From Chiloscyllium plagiosum (Eukaryota), in the NCBI RefSeq assembly GCF_004010195.1, contig NC_057753.1, forward strand, positions 6,229,179 through 6,268,102: DNA of 38,924 bases. Direction: 5' to 3'. Numbering within the stretch: position 1 is the first letter of the stretch; each line of letters starts with the position of its first letter. Below the pieces are notes generated by a model. That model was not told where the DNA came from and ran no database searches. It was given only the letters and a program-made list of their open reading frames with translations. A program made the position numbers and the translations under genes. This document shows positions 1 to 11,299 of this stretch, in pieces.

Positions 1-597
1 ATCTTTGTAAGTTGCCACCCAGGTAAATAGTGCGGTGAAGAAGGCATATGGCGTACTGGCTTTTATTGGTAGAGGAATTGAGTTCCGGAGTACTGAGGTC
101 ATGTTGCAGTTGTATAAGACTCTGGTGCGGCAGCATCTGGCGTATTGTGTGCAGTTTTGGTCGCCATACTACAGGAAGGATGTGGAGGCACTGGAACGGG
201 TGCAGAGGAGGTTTGCCAGGATGTTGCCTGGTATGGTATGAAGATTATATGAGGAAAGGCTGAGGCACTTGGGGCTGTTTTCATTGGAGAAAAGGAGGCT
301 TAGGGGTGACTTGATAGAGGTGTACAAGATGATTAGGGGTTTAGATAGGGTCATAGCTTTATAATAAGGGTGGTAGGTATAGGACAGATGTTAGGGGTAG
401 ATTCTTTACTCAGCGAGTCGTGAGTTCATGGAATGCCCTGCCAGTAGCAGTGGTGGATTATCCCTCTTTATGGGCATTTAAACGGGAGTTGGATAGGCAT
501 ATGGAGGATAGTGGGCTAGTGTAGGTTAGGTGGGCTTGGATCGGCGCAACATCGAGGGCCAAAGGGTCTGTGCTGCGCTGTATTTTCTATGTTCTAT
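1..597 (+). mobile_element. CR1 (HER1-like) LINE, 3' fragment with 3'UTR and microsatellite tail
   Basis: ORF 35..241 (KKAYGVLAFIGRGIEFRS...LYKTLVRQHLAYCVQFWSPYYRKDVEALERVQRRF) is the CR1 ORF2 C-terminus; it ends in GGGCCAAAGGGTCTGTGCTGCGCTGTA followed by TTTTCTATGTTCTAT. Confidence 0.93.
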
Positions 598-1039
598 TGT
601 GCACGTAAGAAGTCTTTAAAAAAGTTTCAGAAAGCTGGATTTTTAAAAAAAAACAGAATTGGCAACATGCCGTATTTGGACTTCTGTAAAATTTGGGAAA
701 TTTTGAATTTTGGAAATACAATTCTCTTTGAACAAAATTCTGATGCTATGTTCTGAATACTGAGAACGATGAAAAAGGAATTAAGGAAGGCAAATTTAAC
801 AATAAAGTTATGCCTTTTTTCTCAAGTATAACTTCATTTTGCTGGAGGAGGAGCGACGGATGACGTAATTCCAGACAAGTTTTACGACCCTCTCCTTTCT
901 TTCTCCATATGAGAATGCAGAGTAACATTTCCCGCTTGAAATGATAGTTAGTTTCTTTGGAATTTTGAGCCTGTTTAGGATGTTATTTTATTGTTACTGG
1001 ATGAAATAATCTGTGCAACGGGAGCTGGTGGATTTTAAA

Positions 1040-1233
1040 AAAAGGATTAAGGAAGGGTGAAATCGGCGAAGATCACAGAAAATAAATAAGGTAATATTAA
1101 GAAGCTGGCAGCAATTGTTACAAGGAACATACATAAACAGGAAGATGTGGCTTCATCAAAAAGAAGTGTTTTACGTGTGGAATAAAGGTGGGCATTATGC
1201 CAGCAACTGTCCCAATCAGATTATCAAATGTTA
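1040..1233 (+). mobile_element. Degenerate Gypsy-type gag fragment with CCHC zinc knuckle
   Basis: 1167-1210 reads CFTCG/[frameshift]KGGHYASNC (CX2CX4HX4C). The upstream GGCGAAGAT segment resembles the gag at ~29610. The fragment runs into the gap. Confidence 0.55.
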
Positions 1234-1733
1234 NNNNNNNNNNNNNNNNNNNNNNNNNNNNNNNNNNNNNNNNNNNNNNNNNNNNNNNNNNNNNNNNNNN
1301 NNNNNNNNNNNNNNNNNNNNNNNNNNNNNNNNNNNNNNNNNNNNNNNNNNNNNNNNNNNNNNNNNNNNNNNNNNNNNNNNNNNNNNNNNNNNNNNNNNNN
1401 NNNNNNNNNNNNNNNNNNNNNNNNNNNNNNNNNNNNNNNNNNNNNNNNNNNNNNNNNNNNNNNNNNNNNNNNNNNNNNNNNNNNNNNNNNNNNNNNNNNN
1501 NNNNNNNNNNNNNNNNNNNNNNNNNNNNNNNNNNNNNNNNNNNNNNNNNNNNNNNNNNNNNNNNNNNNNNNNNNNNNNNNNNNNNNNNNNNNNNNNNNNN
1601 NNNNNNNNNNNNNNNNNNNNNNNNNNNNNNNNNNNNNNNNNNNNNNNNNNNNNNNNNNNNNNNNNNNNNNNNNNNNNNNNNNNNNNNNNNNNNNNNNNNN
1701 NNNNNNNNNNNNNNNNNNNNNNNNNNNNNNNNN
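1234..1733. other. Assembly gap (500 N)
   Basis: Run of N. Confidence 1.
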
Positions 1734-1749
1734 CTCTTTACTTTTCACT

Positions 1750-3200
1750 TCGTGCGGTGAATTATGATAGTGGGATCTGATTACCACACAATCTGGGAAA
1801 ATACCAGGATATTTCTGTTTTAAGTCCTCAGTTTCTTGGTCTTCCTTGGGCTTCTCCACAACAAGGGGTGTCACTCCCATCTTCGATCATGCAAAATCAA
1901 TCCCAAGAACAAACTGAATTCCTGGAACGGATACTCTGTCAATCACTTCCACTGTCACTTCCCCAGTCTTAAGTTGTCACTCCAACCTGATCTTAGTTGG
2001 GGAACGCTTTATTTCTCTCCATCTGTTCCATAAATTATCACACTCTCGGGTAACAGATCAGAAAGAGTGCATATTCGCTCATCCCCTTTTATTATCAGCG
2101 ACTGATTAGTTTCTGTATCTCTCAAAACTATAAGTTCCTATCCTTCTTTCCTCCTGTTTTTTCAGAGTAAATTTTACTAACAGAGGCGAATACTTTGTAG
2201 AGGTCAGGTACTATTTCAATCCCCAGCCCTACCTAGACTGTCCACTCTCCTATAGCTCCTCGGCTCTTCTTGGGATGTCCTTTACTACCTTCATTAATGC
2301 CACTGCTTTAGATTCTTTTACCAAATCTTTTCCCACAGCGCCTTCCTTTAACGACCAGCACTGTGACTTTACATGTCCCACCTTCTGGCAGTGAAAACAT
2401 CTTTCGCAGTGTACTTCTGAAACTACCGGCGCTGTAATGTTCTGTGACCTACTCCATTACAGTGAAAACACCTGAGGCCTTTTACGTCTTTTCCACCCAC
2501 TTCCGCTTCTTTTTTATCCTATTGTAAATTCTTACCAGTTTCTCTATTCTTGGATTAGTAGTGTAGGAGCTCCCCGATCTCCCAACTTGCATCTCTCACA
2601 GGTCAAAATTCTGTCCGGAAGCTTGTCTTATGCACCACCATGTACTCATCTGGTAATTCTGCTGCCCTCCTTACATCCTGAAATCGATGTTCCTCTACGT
2701 GCATTCTTACTATCTCTGGAAGTGAGTTTTTAAACTCCTCCAGCAGAATAATCACTCTTAGAGCCTCAAATATCGTATCCATTTTCAAAGCACGCACCCA
2801 TCGATCAAATTGACTGTGTTTAATTCTTTTGATCTCAACGTAAGTCTGACCTGGTTTTTTCCTTAATGTTTCAGAACCACTGCCTATATGCTTCTGGTAC
2901 AAGCTCATAGGCACTTACAATAGCCAGGGTAACCTCTCCATAATCTCTTGACTCCTCCTCTGACAATGCGCCAAATATCTCACTAGCTCTGCCGACCAAT
3001 TTAGTCTGAACTAGCATTACCCATTACCCATTCCGACCACCTCATCTGCCTAGCCAATTTACCGAATGAAATCAAGAAAGCTTCAACATCTTTCCCATCA
3101 AAATGTGCCAGAGCTTTGACATTTTTAAAATTTATATATCACTACCTTCTCTTTTAATCTCTATCCATGTAAACGTGACTTTGCTGACTAACTCGCAATT
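1750..3200 (-). mobile_element. Gmr1-like Gypsy LTR retrotransposon remnant: SCAN-like gag, two zinc knuckles, aspartyl protease
   Basis: ORF 2603..2914 gives RKKPGQTYVE...FDRWVRAL...ILLEEFKNSLPEIVRMHVEE...AAELPDEY. Knuckles: CFHCNGVGHRTLQR (~2470-2429) and CFHCQKVGHVKSQC (2399-2358). Protease motif LIVLRDTETNQSLI (~2134-2092). Post-protease motif GIFPDCVVIRS (~1810-1775). Many stops and frameshifts. Confidence 0.88.
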
Positions 3201-3510
3201 TAGAATGTTTAGAGAAAAAAATTGTGAATGTTAGTTAGTTTATTATTCTCTGTTTTATCTTAAAAAAATAAAGTTTTTTTATTTTATGTAGTTCTCGGCC
3301 ACTCGAATGTTTTGCAGATTACTGCACGGGATAAACCTTTTCTGTGTTGCTGGCTTTAAATTAAGCAGGAGAGTTCACACCGTGTTGTAACATTATATTG
3401 CAGTTGCAAGAGGTAGCATCTTTGGAGAAGAAAAGATTGAAAGGAGATTCAATAGATTATTTCGAAATAACGAGGAGACTCGCCGTAGTGGAAAGAAATA
3501 TACTGGAAAT

Positions 3511-3590
3511 CAAAATCCAAACCGAAATTGCTCGCAAACCTCAGCAGGTCTGTCAGCTTATATGGAGAGAAAGCAAAGCTAAACTTTGTT
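3511..3590 (-). mobile_element. Short Penelope-type terminal-repeat fragment
   Basis: GAAATTGCTCGCAAACCTCAGCAGGTCTGTCAGC...GGAGAGAAAGCAAAGCTAAAC resembles the GCTGGAAAGGCACAGCCAGTCAGGC motif at 9308; very short and decayed. Confidence 0.4.
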
Positions 3591-3974
3591 TGCAGCGCTA
3601 ACACCCTGCAAGGGTAATTTGGCTGGTACTATTCCATCTTTCTTCTGTCTAAGTCCAATTTTTTGCCTTTTCTGAGAATTGAAAACTTCTTTTTTTAATT
3701 CGATTGTAACAGCCTCCATCACACACGCAGATCCTCATCGAATGCTATTTTAAAATATTTTCGTCGTGTTAAATTGGTTACATTACCGATTCCTTTTGGT
3801 CATTGTGCGTTGGTCAGATCATTTGGCCAAGTGGAACTCTGTATCTATTCTGTTCAGGAGTTTGTTGTATCTTAAAGGTTTGTCAAGAAAGGCCGAATTA
3901 ATTCACTTGCAATTGTTTGAGGATCTCAGCCAATTATTAAGTGTAACTCCTATTCGTTTGAAAATATGTACTTT

Positions 3975-6850
3975 AATATAGGTGCAGGAGTAGGCCATTC
4001 TGCCCTTCGAGCCTGCACCACCTTTCAATATGATCATGGCTGATCAACCTTAATCAGTATCCTGTTCCTGCCTTACCTCTATAACCCTTGATTCCACTAA
4101 CATTGAGAGCTCTATCCAACAATTTTTTAAATGAATCCAGAGACTGGGCCTCCACCACCCTCTGGGGCAGAGCATTCCACACAGCCACCACTCTCTGGGT
4201 GAAGAAGTTTCTCCTCATCTCTGTCTTAAATGGTCTACCCCGTATTTTTAAGCTGTGTCCTCTGGTTCGGCACTCACCCATCAGTTGAAACATGTTTCCT
4301 GTCTCCAGAGTGTCCAATCCTTTAGTAATCTTATATGTCTCAATCAGATCCCCTCTCGGTCTTCTAAACTCAAGGGTATACAAGCCCAGTCGCTCCAGTC
4401 TTTCAGCGTAAGGTAATCCCGCCATTCCAGGAATTGACCTCGTGAACAGACGCTGCACTCCCTCAATAGCCAGAATGTCTTTCCTCATATTTGGAGACCA
4501 GAACTGCACACAGTACTCCAGGTGCGGTCTCACGAGGACTTTGTACAGCTGCAGAAGAACCTCTTTGCTTCTATACTCAATCCCTCTTGTTATGAAGGCC
4601 AGCATGCTATTAGCCTTCTTCACTGCCTGCTTTACCTGCATGCTTATCCTCATTGACCGGTATACAAGAGCACCCAGATCTCTTTGTACTGCCCCTTTAC
4701 CTAAATTGATTCCATTGAGGTAGTAATCTGCCTTCCTGTTCTTGCCATCAAAGTGAATAACCATACATTTATCCACATTAAACTGCATCTGCCATGCATC
4801 TGACCACTCACATAATCTGTCCAGGTTACCCTGTAATCTCCTAACATTCTCCTCACATTTCACCCTGCCACCCAACTTAATATCATCAGCAAATTTGCTA
4901 ATGTTATTATTAATACCATCTTCTATATCATTAACATATATTGTAAAAAGCTGCCCTCCCGGCACTGATCCCTGTGGTACCCTACTGGTCACTACCTGCC
5001 ATTCCGAAATGGAGCCTGTTATCACTATTCTTTGTTTGCTATCAGCCAACCAACTTTCAATCCAAGTTAGTACTTTGCCCCCAATACCATGCACCCTAAA
5101 TCTGCTCACTAAACTCCTATGCAGGACTTTATCAAAAGCTTTCTGAAAGTCCAGATACAGTACATCTACTGGATCTCCCTCGTCCAGCTTCAGAGTTACA
5201 TCCTGAAAAAATTCCAGAAGATTAGTCAAGCATGATTTCCACTTCATAAATCCATGCTGACTCTGACCTATCCTGTTACTACTATCCAGATGTGTCGTAA
5301 TTTCATCATTTATAATATCCTCGAGCATCTTTCCCACCACTGAGGTCAGACTAACTGGTCTATAATTTCCTGCTTTCTCTCTCCCACCTTTCTTAAAAAG
5401 TGGTACAACATTAGCTACCCTCCAATCAGCAGGAACTGATCCCGAATCTATCGACCTCTGGAAAATAATCACCAATGCATCCACGATTTATCGAGCCACC
5501 TCCTTCAGTACCCTGGGATGGAGACCATCAGGCCCCGGGGGCTTATCAACCTTCAGACCTAGCAGTCTCTCCAACACCAATTCCTGACAAATATAAATTC
5601 CCTTACGTTCAGGTCCTTCAGCCTCTGTTACCTCAGGGAGATTGCTTGTGTCTTCCCCAGTGAACACAGATCTGAAGTACCAATTCAATTCTTCTGCCAT
5701 TTCTTTGTTCCCAGTAATATATTCCCCCGTTTCTGTCTTCAAGGGCCCAATTTTAGTCTGAACCATTTTTTTTGCCTTTTGCATACCGAAAAAAGCTTTT
5801 GCTATCCTCCTTTATATTTTTGGCCAGTTTACCTTCGTACCTCATTTTTTCTCTGCGTATTTCCTCCTTCGTAATCCTCTGTTGTTCTTTAAAAGGTTCT
5901 CAGTCCACCGTTTTCCCACTTATCTTTGCTATGTTGCACTTTTTCTCTTTTAACTTTATATGTTTCTCAACTTCCCTCGTCAGCCACGGCCACCCATGCC
6001 TCCTCCTAGGATCTTTCTTCCTTCTGCATTATACACAGAGAGATATGCTATTGTTCCTCCACTGTCATCCCCGCTAAGGTATTGCACCATTGAACATTGG
6101 CCAGCTCCTCCCTCATAGGTCCATAGTTCCCTTTATTCAACAGAAATATTGTCACTTCCGATTGTACCCTCTCCCCCTCAAATTGCAGATTGAAGCTTCT
6201 TGTATTATGGTCACTACCTCCCAATGGCTCGTTCATTTCGAGGTCCCGGATCAATTCTGGTTCGTTGAACAATACCAGATCCAGAAATGCCTTTTCCCTC
6301 GTAGGCTCCAGCACCAGCTGTTCTAAGAATCCATCTCGGAGGCACTCCACAAAGTCTCTTTCTTGAAGTCCAATACCGTTCAGATTCTCCCAGTATACCT
6401 GCATGTTGAAATCCCCGATAACAACTGCAGTAACATCTTTTCGACAGGCCAATTTCAGCTCCTGATTCAACTTACATCCGACATCCAGACTACTGTTTGC
6501 GAGTCTGTAGATAACTCCCAGGAAGGTCTTTTTACGCTAAGAATTTCTCAGCTCTATCCATAGTGACACTACATCCCCTGATTCTAGGTCCCCCCGTGCA
6601 AGGGACCCAATATCATCCCTTACCAACATGGCCACCCCACCCCCTCTGCCCGTCAGTCTGTCCTTACGATAGCACGTGTAGCCTTGAATATTCATTTCCC
6701 AGGCCCTGTCCACTTGAAGCCACGTCTCAGTTATCCCCACAATATCGTATCTGTCAATTACCAAAAGAGCCTCAAACTCATCCATCTTATTTCAAATGCT
6801 TCGTGCATTCATGTATAGTATTTTTAATTTGTTACTACCCTCAACCGTCC
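3975..6850 (-). mobile_element. CR1 LINE with near-complete but disrupted ORF2 (APE endonuclease + RT)
   Basis: Endonuclease start KLKILYMNARSI* (~6830-6795), then GITETWL, GGGVA, IGDFN and GGSDHN in ORFs 6537..6785 and 6048..6470; linker 5488..5784; RT ORF 4054..5484 (YLDFQKAFDKV, VPQGSV, KFADD); CR1 3'UTR at ~3975-4050. Confidence 0.96.
4054..5484 (-). pseudogene. CR1 ORF2 reverse-transcriptase portion (476 aa open frame)
   Basis: NYRPVSLTSVVGK, QHGFMK, LDFQKAFDKV, RVPQGSVPG, SKFADD, VRPHLEYCVQFW. Stops separate it from the endonuclease, so it is not a full ORF2. Confidence 0.9.
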
Positions 6851-7214
6851 CATCAACTCCTATTTCACTAAACTTTACAGCATGATCCCTTTTTGAAACA
6901 ATTCAGACAAAGAAAACCCGAAATATGAGCTCTAAGAATCTTTTATTGATAACTAATGCACGATGCACATTAAGGAGTCAATCAGTTATCAGGGTTCCTA
7001 GATCTAGTAGAGTGAAAGGAGCAGAGTTAACTAATGTGACGAGAACGAAATGGAGTCTTAAGGTATCAGTGAACAATTTATCTTTGATATTATCATTGAG
7101 CTTGCAGAAGGGAAGGGAAGACGAGAGGTTTTGTTTTCATGCAAAGGAAGGCAATTACAAGCATATGAAGTTGGTCAATAGAGATGTCTAAGAAGTAGGT
7201 CTGTAACTGAGTAA

Positions 7215-7422
7215 AGTCGCCTATACCCCAAGAACCAGATGATTGCTCTCTCATTTTATTAGACATCCGGTGGTAGTTTAATTTCGTAGAAAATCACCGC
7301 ATGTCAGGCAATGAAAATGTTGAAAAGGTAAGCGCAGTAAGCGCAGCCCGTGTGGGTATTAAACTGACACAGTTGCCTTGCTCTGCATTACTACTTAGCT
7401 GTCCAGCCAAATTAGCGAGCTG
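7215..7422 (-). mobile_element. Degenerate tRNA-derived SINE (family distinct from HE1)
   Basis: The minus strand begins TCAGCTCGCTAATTTGGCTGGACAGC...AGTTTAATACCC (decayed A and B boxes) and ends TATAGGCGACTTT. A related plus-strand piece lies at ~22685-22775 (ends TAGGGCGACTTT). Confidence 0.5.
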
Positions 7423-9295
7423 ATTGGGCAGACATTTAATGAGATATGTCATAAAATACCGCAAAGCTACATTTCTATGAAAGGAAGACTTAGACTGACG
7501 AATAAATTATCCTCCGCACAATGATTTAAAGAACGGCATTAACGTGAAGGAAAAAAAAAGGCTTAAGTCTGAGAAGATACCTGCTCGCTCTGAAGATCGG
7601 AGCCAAAAGCGTAAAAAATTCAGTAGTGGAATTAATTGAGAATTTTCGACTCTGGAATATGGCAGTTTAGTGTGATTAATTTCGCAATTGACTGATACTG
7701 AAATGACCAGGATGGAAATACATACGGGCATGATATGAGAACGATGCATTGAAGTGAACAGTAAAGCACTATTCAATAGACTTGTGCAGTAGCATCGAAG
7801 ACTGAATAGGATTTTGTTGATCTTTGGGATAATCATGAACATAGAACATAGAATATAGAATGAAGAACATAGAACAGTACATCACAGTACAGGCCCCTCG
7901 GTCCTCGATTTTCTGCCGCCCTTATATCATACCCTAAGTTGTGATGAACCTACGTCCCCTTCTTCAGGGGACTTCCATGTCGTTGACATGTCCCTAATGT
8001 ATCTGACTCTATTATCACAGCTAGCAGCGCATTCCAAACACTCACCATTCCCTGAGTAAAGAACCAACCTCTGACATCTCCCCTGAATCTTTCTCCAATT
8101 ACGTTAGTGCTGTCGACCCTCTTGATTGACACTTCCGTCGTGGAAAAAAAATGTCTCTGCCTATCCACTCTATTTATGACGCTCAACATCGTGGATTCCT
8201 CGATCAAGTCATCTGTCATCCTTCTTCACTGCAATGAGAAATGTCCGAGCTCGCTCAACGTTTCTTCATAAGCCAAGGCTATCAGTCCATGCAGCATCCT
8301 GTTAAATCTCTGCACCCTCGCTAAAGTTTTCACAACTTTTCTAAAATGAGCCCACCAAAAGTGAGCATAATATTCCAATTTTGGTCTAATCAGAACTCGA
8401 TTGAGCTGCAGCATAACCTCGTAGCACTTAAATTTAATTCCCCTGGTAATGAAAGCCAACGGAACATCAGCCTTCTTAACAACTCTATCAATATAGGTTA
8501 CAACTTGGAAGGATCTATGAACATGGAGATCAAAATCCTTCTGTTCTTGCAAACTGCCAAGAATGCTGCATTTAACCTTGCATTCTTTATTCAAAATCGA
8601 CCTTCCAAAGTAAACATCTTCATACTTTTCCAAGTTGAATTTATCTGCCAATTATCACCCCAGTTCTGCATCCTGTCAATGTTGCATTGCAAGCCACAAT
8701 AGGCCTCCTACCATCCAATAATCCAACAACCTTCTAGCAAACCTACTCACGCACCCTGCCATTTCCTTATCCAAGTCATTTATACAATTTAAAAAAAAAA
8801 AACAGAGGTCTCAGAACCGATCCCTGCGGAACACCATTGGTCACCGAGTTCCAGGCTGAATACTTTCTATCTCCCATCACCTTCTGTCTTAGATGGGCCA
8901 ATCAATTCTGTGTCCAGACAAGTTTCCATATATCCCATTCCATCTTACTTTCTGAACGAGCCTACAATGAGGACATTTATTAAACACCTTGCTAAAATTA
9001 ATGGACACCACATCTACTGCTCTACATTCATCAACGTGTCTTATCACATCCTAAAATATTTCAATTGAGTTTGTGAGGCATGACCTGCCACTCACAATGT
9101 CATGCTGATTATCGCTAATCAAATCATGGATTTCAAATTAATCTAAATTCTTGTCGCTCAGAATCCTCTCCAATACTTTGCCACTACTAACCTAAACCTG
9201 ACTGATCTGCAATTCCCAGCATTGTCCCTACTCAGTTTTTTTTGAAGAGGGAATAACATTTGCCATTCTCTAATAACCTGGCACTAATCCAGTGT

Positions 9296-9700
9296 CAAAA
9301 CGTGTGAGGCTGGAAAGGCACAGCCAGTCAGGCCATATCGGAGGAAAAGGAGAGTCGACATTTCCAGCATAGTTTCTTCATTACGAACGCAGTGGGAGGG
9401 AGAGGGGGAAGGGGGCTGAGAGATAAATTGGGGGTGGGGGGGGGGGGAGGGTGGTGGCGCTGGAAGGAAGGTAGCTGGGAATGCAGTAGGTAATTGAAGG
9501 TGGTGGGGTGAATGTGACAGGTCGCTGAGGAGGGTGTGGGTGTAATGGGTAAGTGGTAAGTAAGATTGTCAGCTTGGACAGTTAAAGAGGGGACTACAGA
9601 TTTAAAGTGTTTGATCTGGAATAAATTGGGCAGACGGGCGATTCGCGAACTGGTGAAGTCAACATTGATCCCGTGTGGTTGCGGGGGAGATCCCACGATG
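9296..9700 (-). mobile_element. Penelope-like element terminal fragment nested in CR1, with decayed hammerhead motif
   Basis: CR1 homology breaks at ~9295 and resumes at ~9708. Minus strand 9386-9351 reads GTAATGAAG-AAACTATGCTG-GAAATGTC (decayed CTGATGA...GAAACGTC). G-rich tract at 9393-9460. Confidence 0.6.
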
Positions 9701-10982
9701 AAAGATGATGTCGTGAGAACACAAAGGTCATCGCCAGAGGTGCAACAATCCCTTCCCTCACTTCCTGTCATACCTAAGTGTATATCCCGTCTGGCCTAGG
9801 GAGTCTATCGAACCTCATTTTTTTTTCAATATTTTTAGCACATCCTGCTTCCTAACAACAATCTGTTCGAGGATATAGTCCTTTACACGCTGTCCTCAGA
9901 AACATCCAGGTCTGTCTCAATAGTCAACATTGAAGCAAATAATTCATTAATGAGCTCCCACTCCTCCAGCCCCAGGCTGAAGTTCCCTCCACTAACCTTG
10001 ATTGGTCTTGATTGGCCCTACCCACACTTCAGCTATTCTTTTTGTTCCTTTCAGTAGTGTAGAACGCCTTAGATATTCCCTTAATCCTACCAGCTAAAGC
10101 ATTTTCATTCCCCTTTCCAGCTGTCCTGAGTCAATTCTTCAGTTCCTTCCTGGCAATCTTCGAGCCCTCTAAAACCCTTCCTGATCCTTCAGTCCCCAAC
10201 TTTAAGTAAGCTTCTTTCTTCCAGTGACTAAATGTTCCACATCCCTAATCATCCACGTTTCTTTCGACATACCATTCCTTTCTTCATTCAGTGGGACAAA
10301 ACTATCCAGCACTATCAGCAAGTGCTTCCTAAACAACCTTTAGATTTCCTGAGAATGTCTATTCCCAATTAAGGCGCCCCAGTTCCCATCGAATAGAGTT
10401 GTAATTCAGCCCTCCCGCAATTTAATACTTTCCCATGCAATCTGCTTCTATCACTCTCCATAAGTGTAGTAATGGCCATGTAGTTGTGATCATTATCACT
10501 GAAATACTTTCCCACCGAGAGATCGGAAACCTGGCATGGCTTGTTGCCAAACACCAACTTCTAATATAACCTCCCATCTTGACAGACTAGCTACATATTG
10601 CGTCAGTAACGCTTCCTGGGCACACCTGACAGAAACTAATCCATCCAATCTTTTTGAACGAAGGAGGTTACAATCAATATTAGTGAAGTTAGTCACCCAT
10701 GGCAATAACCCTGCTACTTCCACACATTTCCAAAATCTGCCTCCCAATCTGTTCTTCCGTGTCTCTGTTGTTATTGTGGGGTCTGTAGAAAACTCCGAAT
10801 AGCTGACTGCTCTTATCCTGTTTATGATGTCCAGCCATACTGACCCTGTAGTTAAACCCGCCTCAACGTTGTCCCTTCCTACAGCTGTGATACCATTCTT
10901 GACTAACAATGCCATTTCTCCACCTCCTTTACCTCCTCCACTCCATTACTTTAGATACATGCAACATGCCCCATTACTTGTT

Positions 10983-11299
10983 GGCACAGTGGCTAAATGG
11001 TTAGCACTGCTGCCTCGCAGCACCAGGAACCTGGGATCGATTCTCCTCTTCTGTGTGGAGTTTGCAAATTGTCCCTGTGTCTTCGTGGGTTTCCTCCGGG
11101 TGCACCGGTTTTCTCCCACAATCCAAAGGTGTGCAGGTCAGGTAAATTGGCCATGTTAAATTGCCAATAATGTTAGGTGCGTTAGACAGGGTAAATATAA
11201 GGTAGGGGAATGGATTTGGGTGGGTTTTCCTTCGGAGGGGCGGTGTGGACTTGTTGGGCTCAAGAGCCTGTTTCCACACTGTAGAAAATCTAATCTAAT
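10983..11299 (+). mobile_element. HE1-type tRNA-derived SINE, full length
   Basis: GGCACAGTGGCTAAATGGTTAGCACTGCTGCCTC (A box), GGGATCGATTC (B box), central CTGTGTGGAGTTTGCA...GTGGGTTTCCTCCGGGTGC domain, CR1-like 3' end GCCTGTTTCCACACTGTAG and (AATCT)n tail. Confidence 0.92.

Noticed and set aside
1115..1880. Long ORFs across the first gap
   Set aside because: Their length comes from translating Ns.
3270..3392. Possible LTR terminus (...CCGTGTTGTAACA) next to the minus-strand gag
   Set aside because: No partner LTR, TSD or PBS is visible, so orientation and identity cannot be supported.
10983..11045. tRNA-like A/B boxes
   Set aside because: SINE head followed by SINE core and tail; no cloverleaf, so not a tRNA gene.
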